Source of the DNA: Candidatus Aminicenantes bacterium
GTDB taxonomy: Bacteria; Acidobacteriota; Aminicenantia; Aminicenantales; JAFGBC01
Assembly (NCBI GenBank): GCA_963702005.1
Contig: OY969696.1
Coordinates: 768,001 to 832,000 of the forward strand
Reading direction: 5' to 3'
DNA length: 64,000 bases
How positions within the stretch are numbered: the first letter of the stretch is position 1; each line of letters opens with the position of its first letter. The position numbers and the translations under genes were made by a program. Positions 27,548-37,288 of the stretch are shown here, piece after piece. The notes under the pieces were generated by a model. That model had not been told where the DNA came from, made no database searches, and saw only the letters and a list, made by a program, of their open reading frames with translations.

Positions 27548-29419
27548 TCACAACCCCTTGAATTTGAGCTCCCTCAAATCCGGCCAGGCGAAGACGCGGA
27601 CCTTTTTGCCTTTTCGAAGGATGATCCCGGTGTCCGAGTGGTCGAATTGCTCTTTCCATTTGGTGTACGATTCCCCCTCCTGGGGCATGACAACCTCTTT
27701 GACCTTCGTGAGGGAGAAGGCTCTGAGCGGGACCAGGCGACGGCCTTCGATCCGATAGTACGTCATTTTCTTGAGAGCCGGATCTTCTTCCACCATGAAT
27801 GAGCCGAAGGCGAGGAGGTTCATAACCCAACTATTCATTCCGGCCTTGAGGGCTCCGACCTCTTCGGTCTCCAATGTTGCCAGGTCCAAACGAACGATTT
27901 GGCCGCGGCTTGTATAACAGACTTTGTTCCCGAAGGGAGAGGTCGAAACGGTTCCCGACTCTTCTCTGAAAAAATCAAAGGGAAACGAGTCCCGATCACA
28001 GGCAATAGTTTTAGCCGTCTCAATTCCCGTCCCCGTGTCTTTAAGAATGGTGATATTTTCTTTGTCCCTCGAGAAAAGCAGATGATTGAAATAAACCGGC
28101 AATATAAAGGGGGCCATGGGACTGCTTTCGACGCGGCCGTTTTCCCACAGCCTTAAAAGATATCGTTCATAACCTGGATGGGATGGCACCGCCAGATTAG
28201 CCAGCCAATATCGCTTTCCTTCGAAAACGTTCGTACCAAAAAGGTTGGGAGAGTCTTTCTGGAAAAGGACGTCTCGGAAAATGATTTCGGCCGTTTCCGC
28301 GGAATTTTCGGTCCGCTTGATGAGGCGAATGTCTTCCGTATAGGCGTTTCTCGGCTTAATATAGTAAATATCGCGGCCGTCTCGAAGGGGGAACCGGCTC
28401 CAAGCTCCATTTTCATCGGGCGGGAGATCCGTTACGGCGCCGGATTCCATGTCAAGTTTTTTCAGCTTGCCGAGGCCGTCGCGATAGTAAATAAGATTGT
28501 CTTTTTCGAACGCCGTCCATGGCTCCATCCCGTCTTTTAAGGGGTGTTTCACCTTGTGGTCTTCATGGTATACGGTGCACCTCGAATATTGATATTCAAG
28601 GAGCGTGTGATCTTGAGTGAGTTCGTAGTAGGCCTCTGGAGGCGGGACGGCGGAATTTGAAAGAACGTAGGACGAGCCGGCGGCCGCCAGGGCGACCGGG
28701 ATGAAAAACGCGGCGAAGCGACGGCCGTGGTGGACGACGGGCTTCACGTCGAGCTTGCGGGCAGTTTCAAGAAAGGCCAGGATGAACGGGACAATGACGA
28801 TGAGGCCGTCGGCCCAGAGAAGGGGGCCGAGCCATTTATCCGAGTGTAGCCACGACAGGGTGAAAACGCCCTTGAAGTGGTCCGTCCAGGTGGGATCCGA
28901 ATAGCCGGGGGAATGGATCATCCAGATGATCGTCAGGACGACGATCCAGCAGGCCGCGGCCGAGAACATCGTCATGAGGGTCAAGACGAGAAAATTCTCG
29001 ATGATGGGCGCTAGGCAGACGGCAATGACGAACAGAAAGACCAGAGTGATGGTGAAGGGATCGATCCCCATGGCCGCGATGGACGATCCGCTCGCCCGGT
29101 AAAGAAGCCAGAAAAAAAAGTATAGGACGCCGAGAACCGCGGCGCGGGGGAGGATCTTCAGCCCCAGAAGTTGAAGACGGGAATAAGGCATGGACAGAGC
29201 ATATTCAACGGCGTGTTGGTCGCGCTCCCGCGTGAGCAGAGACGCCCCCAGGAAAAGGGCCCAGAACAGCAAGGCGGTTTGAAAAACGGGAAGGAGGAGG
29301 GCAAGGTAGGACGTGCGCTTCATGAGGTGCAGGGACAGGATCACGGCCGGAATCAGGGCGACGGCCGGAAGGAAAATCGCGGTTTGCTTGACGACGTCAG
29401 TGAGCTCTTTTTTGAACAT
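27548..29419 (-). CDS. ABC-2-type membrane protein with a large C-terminal extracytoplasmic domain
   Basis: MFKKEL start, ~7 TM helices, E....EYALSMPYSR loop; lies in the GntR-ABC operon. Confidence 0.7.
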   Translation of the reverse strand: MFKKELTDVVKQTAIFLPAVALIPAVILSLHLMKRTSYLALLLPVFQTALLFWALFLGASLLTRERDQHAVEYALSMPYSRLQLLGLKILPRAAVLGVLYFFFWLLYRASGSSIAAMGIDPFTITLVFLFVIAVCLAPIIENFLVLTLMTMFSAAACWIVVLTIIWMIHSPGYSDPTWTDHFKGVFTLSWLHSDKWLGPLLWADGLIVIVPFILAFLETARKLDVKPVVHHGRRFAAFFIPVALAAAGSSYVLSNSAVPPPEAYYELTQDHTLLEYQYSRCTVYHEDHKVKHPLKDGMEPWTAFEKDNLIYYRDGLGKLKKLDMESGAVTDLPPDENGAWSRFPLRDGRDIYYIKPRNAYTEDIRLIKRTENSAETAEIIFRDVLFQKDSPNLFGTNVFEGKRYWLANLAVPSHPGYERYLLRLWENGRVESSPMAPFILPVYFNHLLFSRDKENITILKDTGTGIETAKTIACDRDSFPFDFFREESGTVSTSPFGNKVCYTSRGQIVRLDLATLETEEVGALKAGMNSWVMNLLAFGSFMVEEDPALKKMTYYRIEGRRLVPLRAFSLTKVKEVVMPQEGESYTKWKEQFDHSDTGIILRKGKKVRVFAWPDLRELKFKGL

Positions 29420-30242
29420 AGGCGCCTCCGATGAAGGCCTTGACGATTTCGCCGAGGCCGATGTCCTTGACGGATCCTTGGATCAAACGGCGATAATTGT
29501 CCTGGAAGGGAAAGACGAAATATTCCCTGCGGAATTCCGTCTCATTCTTGAAAAGGCAGGGGATGGCTTCGGGGAGCGGCGTCTCGGAGACGATTTTCTT
29601 CATGGACCGGACCAGGTTTTCGCTCTTTTCGTCGACGATGATCCGGCCGCCGTCCATGATGAGGGCGCGATCCGGGATCTGGGCCGTATCGGAGAAGGTG
29701 TGATTAATCATGATGACCGTCGTTCCGAAGGCGTCCATGCCCTCGATGACGGTTTCCAGGAATTTTTCGCGAAGGTAGGGATCAATGGCGTAGACAATCT
29801 CGTCGATGAGGAGGATGTCCGGCTTCTGGGCCTGAATAAGGGCCAGGTGGAACAGGGTCCTTTCGCCCACCGAAAGATCCCTGATCCGGCGGTCCAGGCC
29901 GAGGTCGAATCCCGGAACGAAGGCGAGCGAGGGTTCCGCGATATGAAAGACTTCTCGGTGGAAACGCCAGGCCTCTCCGATGGTCCACCGTTCGTAGAGG
30001 CTGAGCCGGTCCGAGATGAAGCCGATTTTGTCTTTCTTGATTCCCGTCCCGTTGAGGACGCGGCCCCGGTCCGGGAGGATGACGCCCGCCAAGCACTTGA
30101 GGAAGGTGGTTTTCCCAGCCCCGTTGCTTCCGGCGATGACGACCGATTCGCCCTTGCGGAAGCCGATGTCGATGCCGTCGAGGACGGTTTTTCCTTCGAT
30201 CTTGACCATTAAGCCGCGAGTTTCGATCGCCATGTCACTCAT
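29397..30242 (-). CDS. ABC transporter ATP-binding protein (YtrB-like)
   Basis: GSNGAGKT, LSVGER and LLIDE. Confidence 0.88.
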   Translation of the reverse strand: MSDMAIETRGLMVKIEGKTVLDGIDIGFRKGESVVIAGSNGAGKTTFLKCLAGVILPDRGRVLNGTGIKKDKIGFISDRLSLYERWTIGEAWRFHREVFHIAEPSLAFVPGFDLGLDRRIRDLSVGERTLFHLALIQAQKPDILLIDEIVYAIDPYLREKFLETVIEGMDAFGTTVIMINHTFSDTAQIPDRALIMDGGRIIVDEKSENLVRSMKKIVSETPLPEAIPCLFKNETEFRREYFVFPFQDNYRRLIQGSVKDIGLGEIVKAFIGGAYVQKRAH

Positions 30243-30609
30243 GCCTCGTCATCCTTTCCATGGAGTTCCGGATATCTTCGAGGGTCGCGCCCAAGGAGAA
30301 CGCCCTGTCGAGGAACTCCTTGACCTCGCCGTCAAGCATGCTCCGGCGAAGACCGTCGAGGCCCGAGGCCCTTTGGGTCACCCGGTATCCGCTTCCCTGC
30401 CGTCCTTCGATGAAGCCCTCCTCGCTCAAAGTGTAATAGGACTTTGCGACAGTGTTGGGATTCAATTTAAGGATTTTGGCTAAATCCCGGATCGGGGGGA
30501 GGCGGTCGCAGGGTTTGAGCCGACCGGCCAAGATTTCAATTTTCAGCCCTCTAATAACCTGTTGATACGCTGGCAGTGGCGAATCGATTTCGATACCAAG
30601 CCTTAACAC
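30235..30609 (-). CDS. GntR-family regulator, YtrA subfamily
   Basis: P.YQQ and LPPIRDLAKILKLNPNTVAKSY; short C-terminus; ABC genes downstream. Confidence 0.92.
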   Translation of the reverse strand: MLRLGIEIDSPLPAYQQVIRGLKIEILAGRLKPCDRLPPIRDLAKILKLNPNTVAKSYYTLSEEGFIEGRQGSGYRVTQRASGLDGLRRSMLDGEVKEFLDRAFSLGATLEDIRNSMERMTRHE

Positions 30610-30629
30610 TGGATTGTCTCCTGATAAAG

Positions 30630-30649
30630 TGTATTATTTATATAATACA
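30630..30649. promoter_or_regulatory. YtrA-type palindromic operator overlapping the -10 region
   Basis: TGTATTA-N6-TAATACA, 20 nt upstream of the GntR start; TTGACA on the minus strand at 30667-30662. Confidence 0.75.
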
Positions 30650-30798
30650 ATTATTTGGCATTGTCAAGCCCCCATTCTCGGGATTGAATGCCTGTACTCA
30701 TGAACCGGAAACGGTTCAGGAGCATGAAAGGCAGGCTTGGCATCGGCGAACGGGTCAAGTGCCGGCGGACCCGTCCGCGAAGGAGTGGGGAGGCGGGG

Positions 30799-31575
30799 TC
30801 AGCTGAATTTCAGGTCGCTGGTCTTGCGGAGGGATTCCTTGGCCGCCTTCTTGACGTATGGGTTTTTATCGTCGGCCAGCTTGACGAGAAGGCAGAGGCT
30901 GTCCTTGCCTCCGATTTCGCCCAGGGCCTCGGCCGCCGAGCGGCGGACATCGACATTGGGGTCCGTCGCGGCCTGGGCCAGGGGCTTCAAAAACAGGGGG
31001 TTCTTGCGGAGTCCCATGATTTTTATGACGGCGCTCTTCCCGTACCAGGGGCCGCAGGCCAGACGCTGGAGGAGAAGCCGTTGGTTCAGGACATCGCGTC
31101 GGGCGAGTTCCTTGGTTAGGTAGTCCCGGACGTGCTCGGAGGGATCGGCTAGGGTCTCGATCAAGACGGCCTGGGTCCAGGGGGCTTTCAGGCCGGCGAC
31201 CGCTTTGAGGATCTTCAGCCGCCGCTCCCAATCCTCCGTCGCCGCCAGCTTCTTGATGAACGCCCGCGAGACGGGGCTGGTCCGCTTGTGGAGGACTTCG
31301 ATCTCCTTGAGGGCGCGGGCCGAGGCCTTGACCACGGCCTGATTCCGGTCGCTGAGGAAGCCCTGGAAAAGATCGGGGTCTTCGTAGCAATAGGTCTTGA
31401 GAAGCTTGAGGGCCGCCGTCCGGACCAAGGGCGAGGATTGGACGTCCTGGAGCACGGTCAAGAGGGCTCGCGTCCGCTCCGCGGCGGGAAGCTCCTGGAT
31501 GAGGCCGGGGAGGGCCTTGGCCCTGGCCCGGAGGCCGAGCAACCGAAAGCCTTCGAGGAATTCCTGAAGCGTCAT
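30799..31575 (-). CDS. HEAT-repeat protein
   Basis: Repeats of the type L.DP...VR..AA.ALG.IG. Confidence 0.8.
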   Translation of the reverse strand: MTLQEFLEGFRLLGLRARAKALPGLIQELPAAERTRALLTVLQDVQSSPLVRTAALKLLKTYCYEDPDLFQGFLSDRNQAVVKASARALKEIEVLHKRTSPVSRAFIKKLAATEDWERRLKILKAVAGLKAPWTQAVLIETLADPSEHVRDYLTKELARRDVLNQRLLLQRLACGPWYGKSAVIKIMGLRKNPLFLKPLAQAATDPNVDVRRSAAEALGEIGGKDSLCLLVKLADDKNPYVKKAAKESLRKTSDLKFS

Positions 31576-31603
31576 GCCGTCCCGACGGGGATCGGGTCCT
31601 CCC

Positions 31604-32824
31604 TCAGACCATATCCAGGATGTGGCCCATCTTCTCCTTTTTGGCCTTTAAATATCTCAGGTTGGCCTGGTTGGGCTCGATTTCGAGCGGGACTCGCTCG
31701 GTGATCTCGAGGCCGTAGCCGGCCAGGCCGATGAACTTCCTGGGGTTGTTCGTGATCAGGCGGAGCTTTTTGACGCCCAGGGCGACCAGGATCTGGGCGC
31801 CGATTCCATAGTCCCTCTGATCGGGCTTGAATCCGAGCCGGCAGTTGGCCTCGACCGTGTCCGCCCCTTCCTGGTCCTGGAGGGCGTAAGCCCGGATTTT
31901 ATTCATGAGACCGATCCCCCGGCCCTCATGGTTCAGGATGTAAAGGATGACGCCCCTCCCTTCCTTCTCGATCATGGCCATGGACTCGCGGAGCTGATCG
32001 CCGCAGTCACAGCGGACCGAATGGAAGGTGTCGCCGGTCAGGCATTGGGAGTGGGCCCGGACCAGGATCGGCTCGTCCCCGCGGAGCTCGCCCTTGACCA
32101 GGGCGACATGGTGCTCCTTGTGGATGGCGTCCTCGAAGACGGCGATCCGGAAATGGCCGAATTGGGTCGGCAGGTCGGCCTCGTCGATCCGCTGGACCAG
32201 CGTCTCGGTCTTCATCCGGTACTTGATGAGGTCGGCGATGGTCAGGACCGGTATCCGGTGCTGCAGGCTGAAGGCTTCGAGCTGGGGCGTCCGGGCCATC
32301 GTCCCGTCCTCGTTCATGATCTCGCAGATGACGCCGGCGGGCGTGAGGCCGGCCATCCGGGCCAGGTCGACGGCCGCCTCGGTCTGGCCGGCGCGCGACA
32401 GCACGCCGCCCTCGCGGGCCTGGAGGGGGAAGACGTGGCCGGGCCGGGCCAGGTCGGCCGGCCGGGTGGCGGGGTCGAGGGCGGCCTGGACGGTCCGGGC
32501 GCGGTCGTGGGCCGAGATCCCCGTCGAGATCCCCTCCCGGGCGTCGATGGAAACGGTGAAGGCCGTTTCGAAGCGGGCCGTATTCTGGGCGACCATGAGC
32601 GGGAGCTGGAGCTCTTCGAGGCGCTTCCGGGTCATCGGCAGGCAGATCAGCCCCCGGCCGTGCTTGGTCATGAAGTTGACGGTGTCGGGGGTGATTTTCT
32701 CGGCCGCGATCATGAGGTCGCCCTCGTTCTCGCGGTCCTCGTCGTCGACGATGATGATCAGCCGGCCGTCGCGGACGGCCTGGACGGCCTCCTCGACGGA
32801 AGCGGTTCGGAACGTATCGGACAT
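31604..32824 (-). CDS. ribBA: Bifunctional DHBP synthase / GTP cyclohydrolase II
   Basis: DDEDRENEGD, RPGHVFPL, HSQCLTGD, RCDCG and EGRGIGL. Confidence 0.97.
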   Translation of the reverse strand: MSDTFRTASVEEAVQAVRDGRLIIIVDDEDRENEGDLMIAAEKITPDTVNFMTKHGRGLICLPMTRKRLEELQLPLMVAQNTARFETAFTVSIDAREGISTGISAHDRARTVQAALDPATRPADLARPGHVFPLQAREGGVLSRAGQTEAAVDLARMAGLTPAGVICEIMNEDGTMARTPQLEAFSLQHRIPVLTIADLIKYRMKTETLVQRIDEADLPTQFGHFRIAVFEDAIHKEHHVALVKGELRGDEPILVRAHSQCLTGDTFHSVRCDCGDQLRESMAMIEKEGRGVILYILNHEGRGIGLMNKIRAYALQDQEGADTVEANCRLGFKPDQRDYGIGAQILVALGVKKLRLITNNPRKFIGLAGYGLEITERVPLEIEPNQANLRYLKAKKEKMGHILDMV

Positions 32825-32857
32825 GGAGCCTCTCGCCAAGCCGCCCGATCCTTCGGG

Positions 32858-33448
32858 TCAGCGGGGATTTCGAAGCAAATAATTATACACGTATTTGCCG
32901 AGGATGTCACATTCGATGTTGACGGAATCGCCCGGCCGGACCCGGCCCAGCGTCGTCCGCTCCGTCGTCAGAGGGATGAGCTCGACCTCGAAGGACGAGT
33001 GTTTGAGCTCGGCCACGGTCAGGCTGGCTCCGTTCACGGCAACCGAGCCCTTTGGGACGAGGTAGGGCCGGAGCTCGGGGGGGAGGGCGATCTCGAGACG
33101 ACGCCCCGGCCGCTTGTCCGAGGCGCTTAGGACCCGGGCCGTCCCGTCAATGTGGCCGGTCACGAGATGGCCGCTGAGGAAGGTCTCGGACGTGACCGGA
33201 AGCTCGAGGTTGATGCCGTCCCCGGGACGGAGCGAGCCGAGGGTCGTCTTGCGGACCGTTTCCTGGGACAGGTTGAAAACGAGGACGGTCTTATCCTTGC
33301 GGACAACGGTCAGGCATGCGCCGTCGACGGCGACGCTGTCCCCCGCTTCGACCCGGCCCGCCAGCTCTCCGGCCTCGACGGCCATCTCCTGGCGGCCTTG
33401 CTTGAAGCCCTTGAAGGTTCCCGTCCGGGCGATGATTCCCGTGAACAT
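32858..33448 (-). CDS. ribE: Riboflavin synthase (alpha chain)
   Basis: MFTGII N-terminus, GHLVTGHIDG and KGSVAVNGASLT. Confidence 0.96.
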   Translation of the reverse strand: MFTGIIARTGTFKGFKQGRQEMAVEAGELAGRVEAGDSVAVDGACLTVVRKDKTVLVFNLSQETVRKTTLGSLRPGDGINLELPVTSETFLSGHLVTGHIDGTARVLSASDKRPGRRLEIALPPELRPYLVPKGSVAVNGASLTVAELKHSSFEVELIPLTTERTTLGRVRPGDSVNIECDILGKYVYNYLLRNPR

Positions 33449-34548
33449 CAGAAGTATCCCTCCATGACGATGTCCGGTCCGGCCCGGAACGAGCGCAGGC
33501 TCGAAAGGGCCAGGGACTCTTTGATGGACGCGACGCCGGCGCCGTCGCCCAGGGAGGGCGCGTCCCGGCCTCCGATGATAAGAGGAGCGACAAAAAGAAT
33601 GATTTTATCGCCCAGCCGGTCTTCCAGAAACGAGCCGAGGACCCGGCTTCCGCCCTCGACGAGTAAGCTTGCGACCTCCCTGGACCCGAGAACGGCCAGG
33701 GCTTCATCCAGGTCGACCCTGTCCCGGCGGCTCCGGACCGGAATGACTTCGGCGCCCGCCCGTTCGAGGGCCTTTGTCTTCGCGGCCGGCGGGTCGGGTC
33801 CGGTCAGGATCCAGAGTTTCCCTTTCGTGAGTGTCTTGAGAAGCCTAGCCCGGAGCGGGAAGCGCAGCCGGCAGTCGAGGATGACGCGGACGATGGTCTT
33901 GCCCTTCCAGGCCGGGTGGCGGACCGTGAGCTTCGGGTCGTCCCGGAGGACGGTGTTGACGCCGACCAGGACCGCGTCGGATTCGCCGCGCAGGAGGTGG
34001 GCATAAGCCCTGGATTCGGGCGAGGAGATCCACCGGCTGTCCCGGGTTCGGGTCGCGATCTTCCCGTCGAGGCTGGCGGCCGCCTTGAGGGTCACGAAGG
34101 GGAGCTTCCGGGTGATGTACTTGATATAAGCCTCGTTGAGCCGCCGGTTCCTGTCCTGGAGGAGGCCGACCGAGACTTCGATCCCGGCCTTCCGCAGCCG
34201 GTGCACCCCCTTGGCGTACACGAGCGGATTGGGGTCCAAGGATGAAACAACGACTCTGCGGAGCCCGGCGCGGAGGACGGTGTCGATGCAGGGCGGCGTC
34301 CGTCCCCAATGGACGCAGGGTTCGAGGGTCAGGTACAGGGTCGCGCCCCGCGCCTTCCGTCCGGCTCGCTCGAGGGCGATGATCTCGGCGTGGGGCTTTC
34401 CGGGCCGTTCATGGGTCCCGTGGCCGACGACCCTCCCGTCCTTGACGATGACGGCGCCGACATTCGGGTTGGGGCTCGTCCAGCCGCGGGCCTTCTCGGC
34501 CAGCCCGTAGGCCATTTCGAGGTAGGCGAGGTCGCGGTCGTCCTTCAT
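33448..34548 (-). CDS. ribD: Riboflavin biosynthesis deaminase/reductase
   Basis: PNPNVG, HAE, LEPC.H.GRTPPC, SLDGK and VEGG. Confidence 0.97.
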   Translation of the reverse strand: MKDDRDLAYLEMAYGLAEKARGWTSPNPNVGAVIVKDGRVVGHGTHERPGKPHAEIIALERAGRKARGATLYLTLEPCVHWGRTPPCIDTVLRAGLRRVVVSSLDPNPLVYAKGVHRLRKAGIEVSVGLLQDRNRRLNEAYIKYITRKLPFVTLKAAASLDGKIATRTRDSRWISSPESRAYAHLLRGESDAVLVGVNTVLRDDPKLTVRHPAWKGKTIVRVILDCRLRFPLRARLLKTLTKGKLWILTGPDPPAAKTKALERAGAEVIPVRSRRDRVDLDEALAVLGSREVASLLVEGGSRVLGSFLEDRLGDKIILFVAPLIIGGRDAPSLGDGAGVASIKESLALSSLRSFRAGPDIVMEGYF

Positions 34549-35438
34549 GAGAACAGCGAGTCCGTGAAATTCCCGGGATCGAATTCGAGCCAGTCCTCCT
34601 CGCTCTCGCCGACCCCGACGAGTTTGATGGGGAGGTCGAGCTCCTCGACGATGGCCAGGGCGCTCCCGCCCTTGGCCGTTCCGTCGAGCTTGGTCAGGAA
34701 GATGCCGGTGATCCCCGAGACTTTGAGGAATTCTTTGGCCTGAAACAGGGCGTTCTGCCCGGTCGTCGAATCGAGGACGAGCAGGATCTCCTGGGGGGCG
34801 CCGGGGATCTCGCGGCCGATGACCCGCTTAATCTTCTCGAGCTCGGCCATCAGGTTGGCGTTGGTGTGGACGCGTCCGGCCGTGTCCACGATCAGGACGT
34901 CGAGCCCCTGGGCCTTGAACGACTGAAGTGCGTCGAAGACGACCGAGGAGGGATCGGCCCCATAGCCGCCCCGGATGACGGGGAGGCGGAGCCTCTTGGC
35001 CCACAGGACGAGTTGTTCCTGGGCGGCGGCCCGGAAAGTATCGGCGGCGACGAGCATGACCCGCTTGCCCTCGCCCTTGAGGCGGGAGGCGAGCTTGGCT
35101 ACCGAGGTTGTCTTCCCGCCGCCGTTGACGCCGACGACCATGACGACGGCGGGGCTGGAATCGACGGCGAGCCCGACCGGACGCTTGGAGAGGAGGGCGG
35201 TGATCTCCTCCTTGAGGAGGCCGGACAGCGCGGAGGCCGAATCCGTCTTTTTGCTCTTCCTGCGGATGGCATCGAGGATCTTGTTTGTGGTTGCCGGACC
35301 GACGTCGGCCATGATCAAGACCTCGGCCAGCTCCTCGAGGATCTCGTCGCGGGGATGGCCGCTCTTGAAGAGATCGTCCAGCTTCCCCCGGAAGGCGTCC
35401 CGGGTATGGGCCAATTTATCTCTGAGGCTTCCCAACAC
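34545..35438 (-). CDS. ftsY: SRP receptor FtsY (NG domain only)
   Basis: GVNGGGKTT, DTFRAAA, DTAGR and TKLDGTAKGG; the start (GTG 35438) is uncertain. Confidence 0.95.
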   Translation of the reverse strand: MLGSLRDKLAHTRDAFRGKLDDLFKSGHPRDEILEELAEVLIMADVGPATTNKILDAIRRKSKKTDSASALSGLLKEEITALLSKRPVGLAVDSSPAVVMVVGVNGGGKTTSVAKLASRLKGEGKRVMLVAADTFRAAAQEQLVLWAKRLRLPVIRGGYGADPSSVVFDALQSFKAQGLDVLIVDTAGRVHTNANLMAELEKIKRVIGREIPGAPQEILLVLDSTTGQNALFQAKEFLKVSGITGIFLTKLDGTAKGGSALAIVEELDLPIKLVGVGESEEDWLEFDPGNFTDSLFS

Positions 35439-35584
35439 GGCAGGGCCATTATAGGGGGCCGCCCCGAGAGAAGTCAACGCGCGGGGTCGGCTCAATAGTC
35501 GTTGCCGCTTTCGGCCGCCGCAAAGGAACGGAGGGGTTCTAAGATTTGTGAAGGGGATCGGTTGTATGTTACATTGAACATCCG

Positions 35585-37279
35585 ATGAAAGATGCGATCT
35601 GGATTAATCCGGCCGAGGATGAGGCCGGCCGTCGCCTTGCCGCCGAGCTGGGCCTCCCCGAGGCGATCGGCCGGGTTCTGGTCCGGCGCGGCATCGCCGA
35701 CGCCGCGGCCGCCCAGCGCTTCCTCTACGGGACGCTCGAGGACCTCCATGATCCGTACCTAATGGCCGGGATGAGGGACGCCGTCGGCCGGATCAAGCGG
35801 GCCGTCGGCCTCAAGGAAAAGATCCTCATCTTCGGCGATTACGACGTGGACGGGGTGCTCTCGGTCGTCATGCTCCTCAAGGCCCTCCGCTCGATGGGCG
35901 CCGAGGCCGATTACTTCATCCCCGACCGGCTGCGGGAAGGCTACGGCATCAAAAAGGAGCATGCCGAGATCATCGCCCAGCGGGGCGTCCGTCTGGTGAT
36001 CAGCGTTGACTGCGGCATCAAGGCCGTCGAATTCAGCGAGCGGGCTCGGGAAATGGGCGCCGACGTTATTATCACCGACCATCACCGTCCGGGCGATGCT
36101 CTGCCTCGGGCCCTGGCCGTCCTCAACCCCGTCCTCGACGGCTCGGGTTATCCCGATAAATTTCTGGCCGGCGTCGGGGTTGTCTTTAAGCTCATCCAGG
36201 CTCTTTGGGAGGGCGGTCCCCAAGGGTCCGATGGGCTCCAATACTATCTCAAGCCCGTCGCCATCGGGACCGTCGCCGACGTGGCGCCCCTAAAGGGAGA
36301 GAACCGCATCCTGGTCCGGCACGGCCTTGATGGATTGGCGGACATCTCCAACACCGGTCTGCGCAAGCTCATCGAAGCCTGCGGGATCGGGAGGCGCCGG
36401 ATCAACGAGGGTGACATCGGGTTCCGGATCGGCCCCCGGATCAACGCGGCCGGCCGGATGGGGGACGCCGACCTGGCCGTCCGGCTCTTCTTCGCCCCGG
36501 AAGCGGAAGCGTCGGAGATCGTCGCCCGGCTCGAACGGCTCAACACCCGGCGCCAGGCCGAGGAAGACAAGATCTTCAAGGAGGCCGTCCGCAAGATCGA
36601 TGAGCGCGGCCTGGACGGGCGCTACAAGTTCCTCGTCTTGGGGAGCCCCGGCTGGCACCGGGGCATCATCGGGATCGTAGCCTCCAAGCTCAAGGACCAC
36701 TACCATCGGCCGGTCCTGCTCCTTTCTTACGAGGACGGCAAAGCTCACGGCTCGGGCCGGAGCATCAGCGAGTTTCCCCTCATCGAGTGCCTGGACGAGT
36801 GCCGAGAATTTTTCCAGAGCTATGGCGGCCATCCGATGGCCGTGGGTTGCGTCCTCGATTCCTCCCGGCTCCCCCAGTTCAAGGCCGCCGTCAACGCGAT
36901 CGCTTCGGCCCGGATCTCGGACGATGACCTGAAGCGGAAAGTCCGGATCGATGCCCGGCTGGCACTGGCCGAGGTCGGCGAATCGTTCCTGGAGCATTAC
37001 CGGCGCCTTCTTCCGTTCGGCGTCGGGAACCCGAGGCCGATCTTCCTCTCCGAAGAAGTCGAGGTCGCGAGCCCGCCCCAGATCCTCAAGAAGAAACACC
37101 TTAAATTCCAGGCCCGGCAGGGCGACGCCAGCTTGGAAGCGCTGGCCTGGGGCAAGGCGGATTGGGCTCCCCGGCTCAGCCCCCGGCGGCGCGTCGACCT
37201 CGTCTATTCGTTCTATTTCTCGGAGTTCCTGGGAGAGGAAACGGTCAGCCTCAGCCTCGAGGACATGAAGGAGCGATAG
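35585..37279 (+). CDS. recJ: ssDNA exonuclease RecJ
   Basis: GDYDVDG, VDCG, TDHH, PRINAAGR, GSGRS and GGH. Confidence 0.97.
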   Translation: MKDAIWINPAEDEAGRRLAAELGLPEAIGRVLVRRGIADAAAAQRFLYGTLEDLHDPYLMAGMRDAVGRIKRAVGLKEKILIFGDYDVDGVLSVVMLLKALRSMGAEADYFIPDRLREGYGIKKEHAEIIAQRGVRLVISVDCGIKAVEFSERAREMGADVIITDHHRPGDALPRALAVLNPVLDGSGYPDKFLAGVGVVFKLIQALWEGGPQGSDGLQYYLKPVAIGTVADVAPLKGENRILVRHGLDGLADISNTGLRKLIEACGIGRRRINEGDIGFRIGPRINAAGRMGDADLAVRLFFAPEAEASEIVARLERLNTRRQAEEDKIFKEAVRKIDERGLDGRYKFLVLGSPGWHRGIIGIVASKLKDHYHRPVLLLSYEDGKAHGSGRSISEFPLIECLDECREFFQSYGGHPMAVGCVLDSSRLPQFKAAVNAIASARISDDDLKRKVRIDARLALAEVGESFLEHYRRLLPFGVGNPRPIFLSEEVEVASPPQILKKKHLKFQARQGDASLEALAWGKADWAPRLSPRRRVDLVYSFYFSEFLGEETVSLSLEDMKER

Positions 37280-37288
37280 GGGGCGGGG

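Noticed and set aside
34540-35580. FMN riboswitch or ribH in the rib cluster
   Set aside because: ribD overlaps the ftsY stop, leaving no leader. ribH is simply not in this window.
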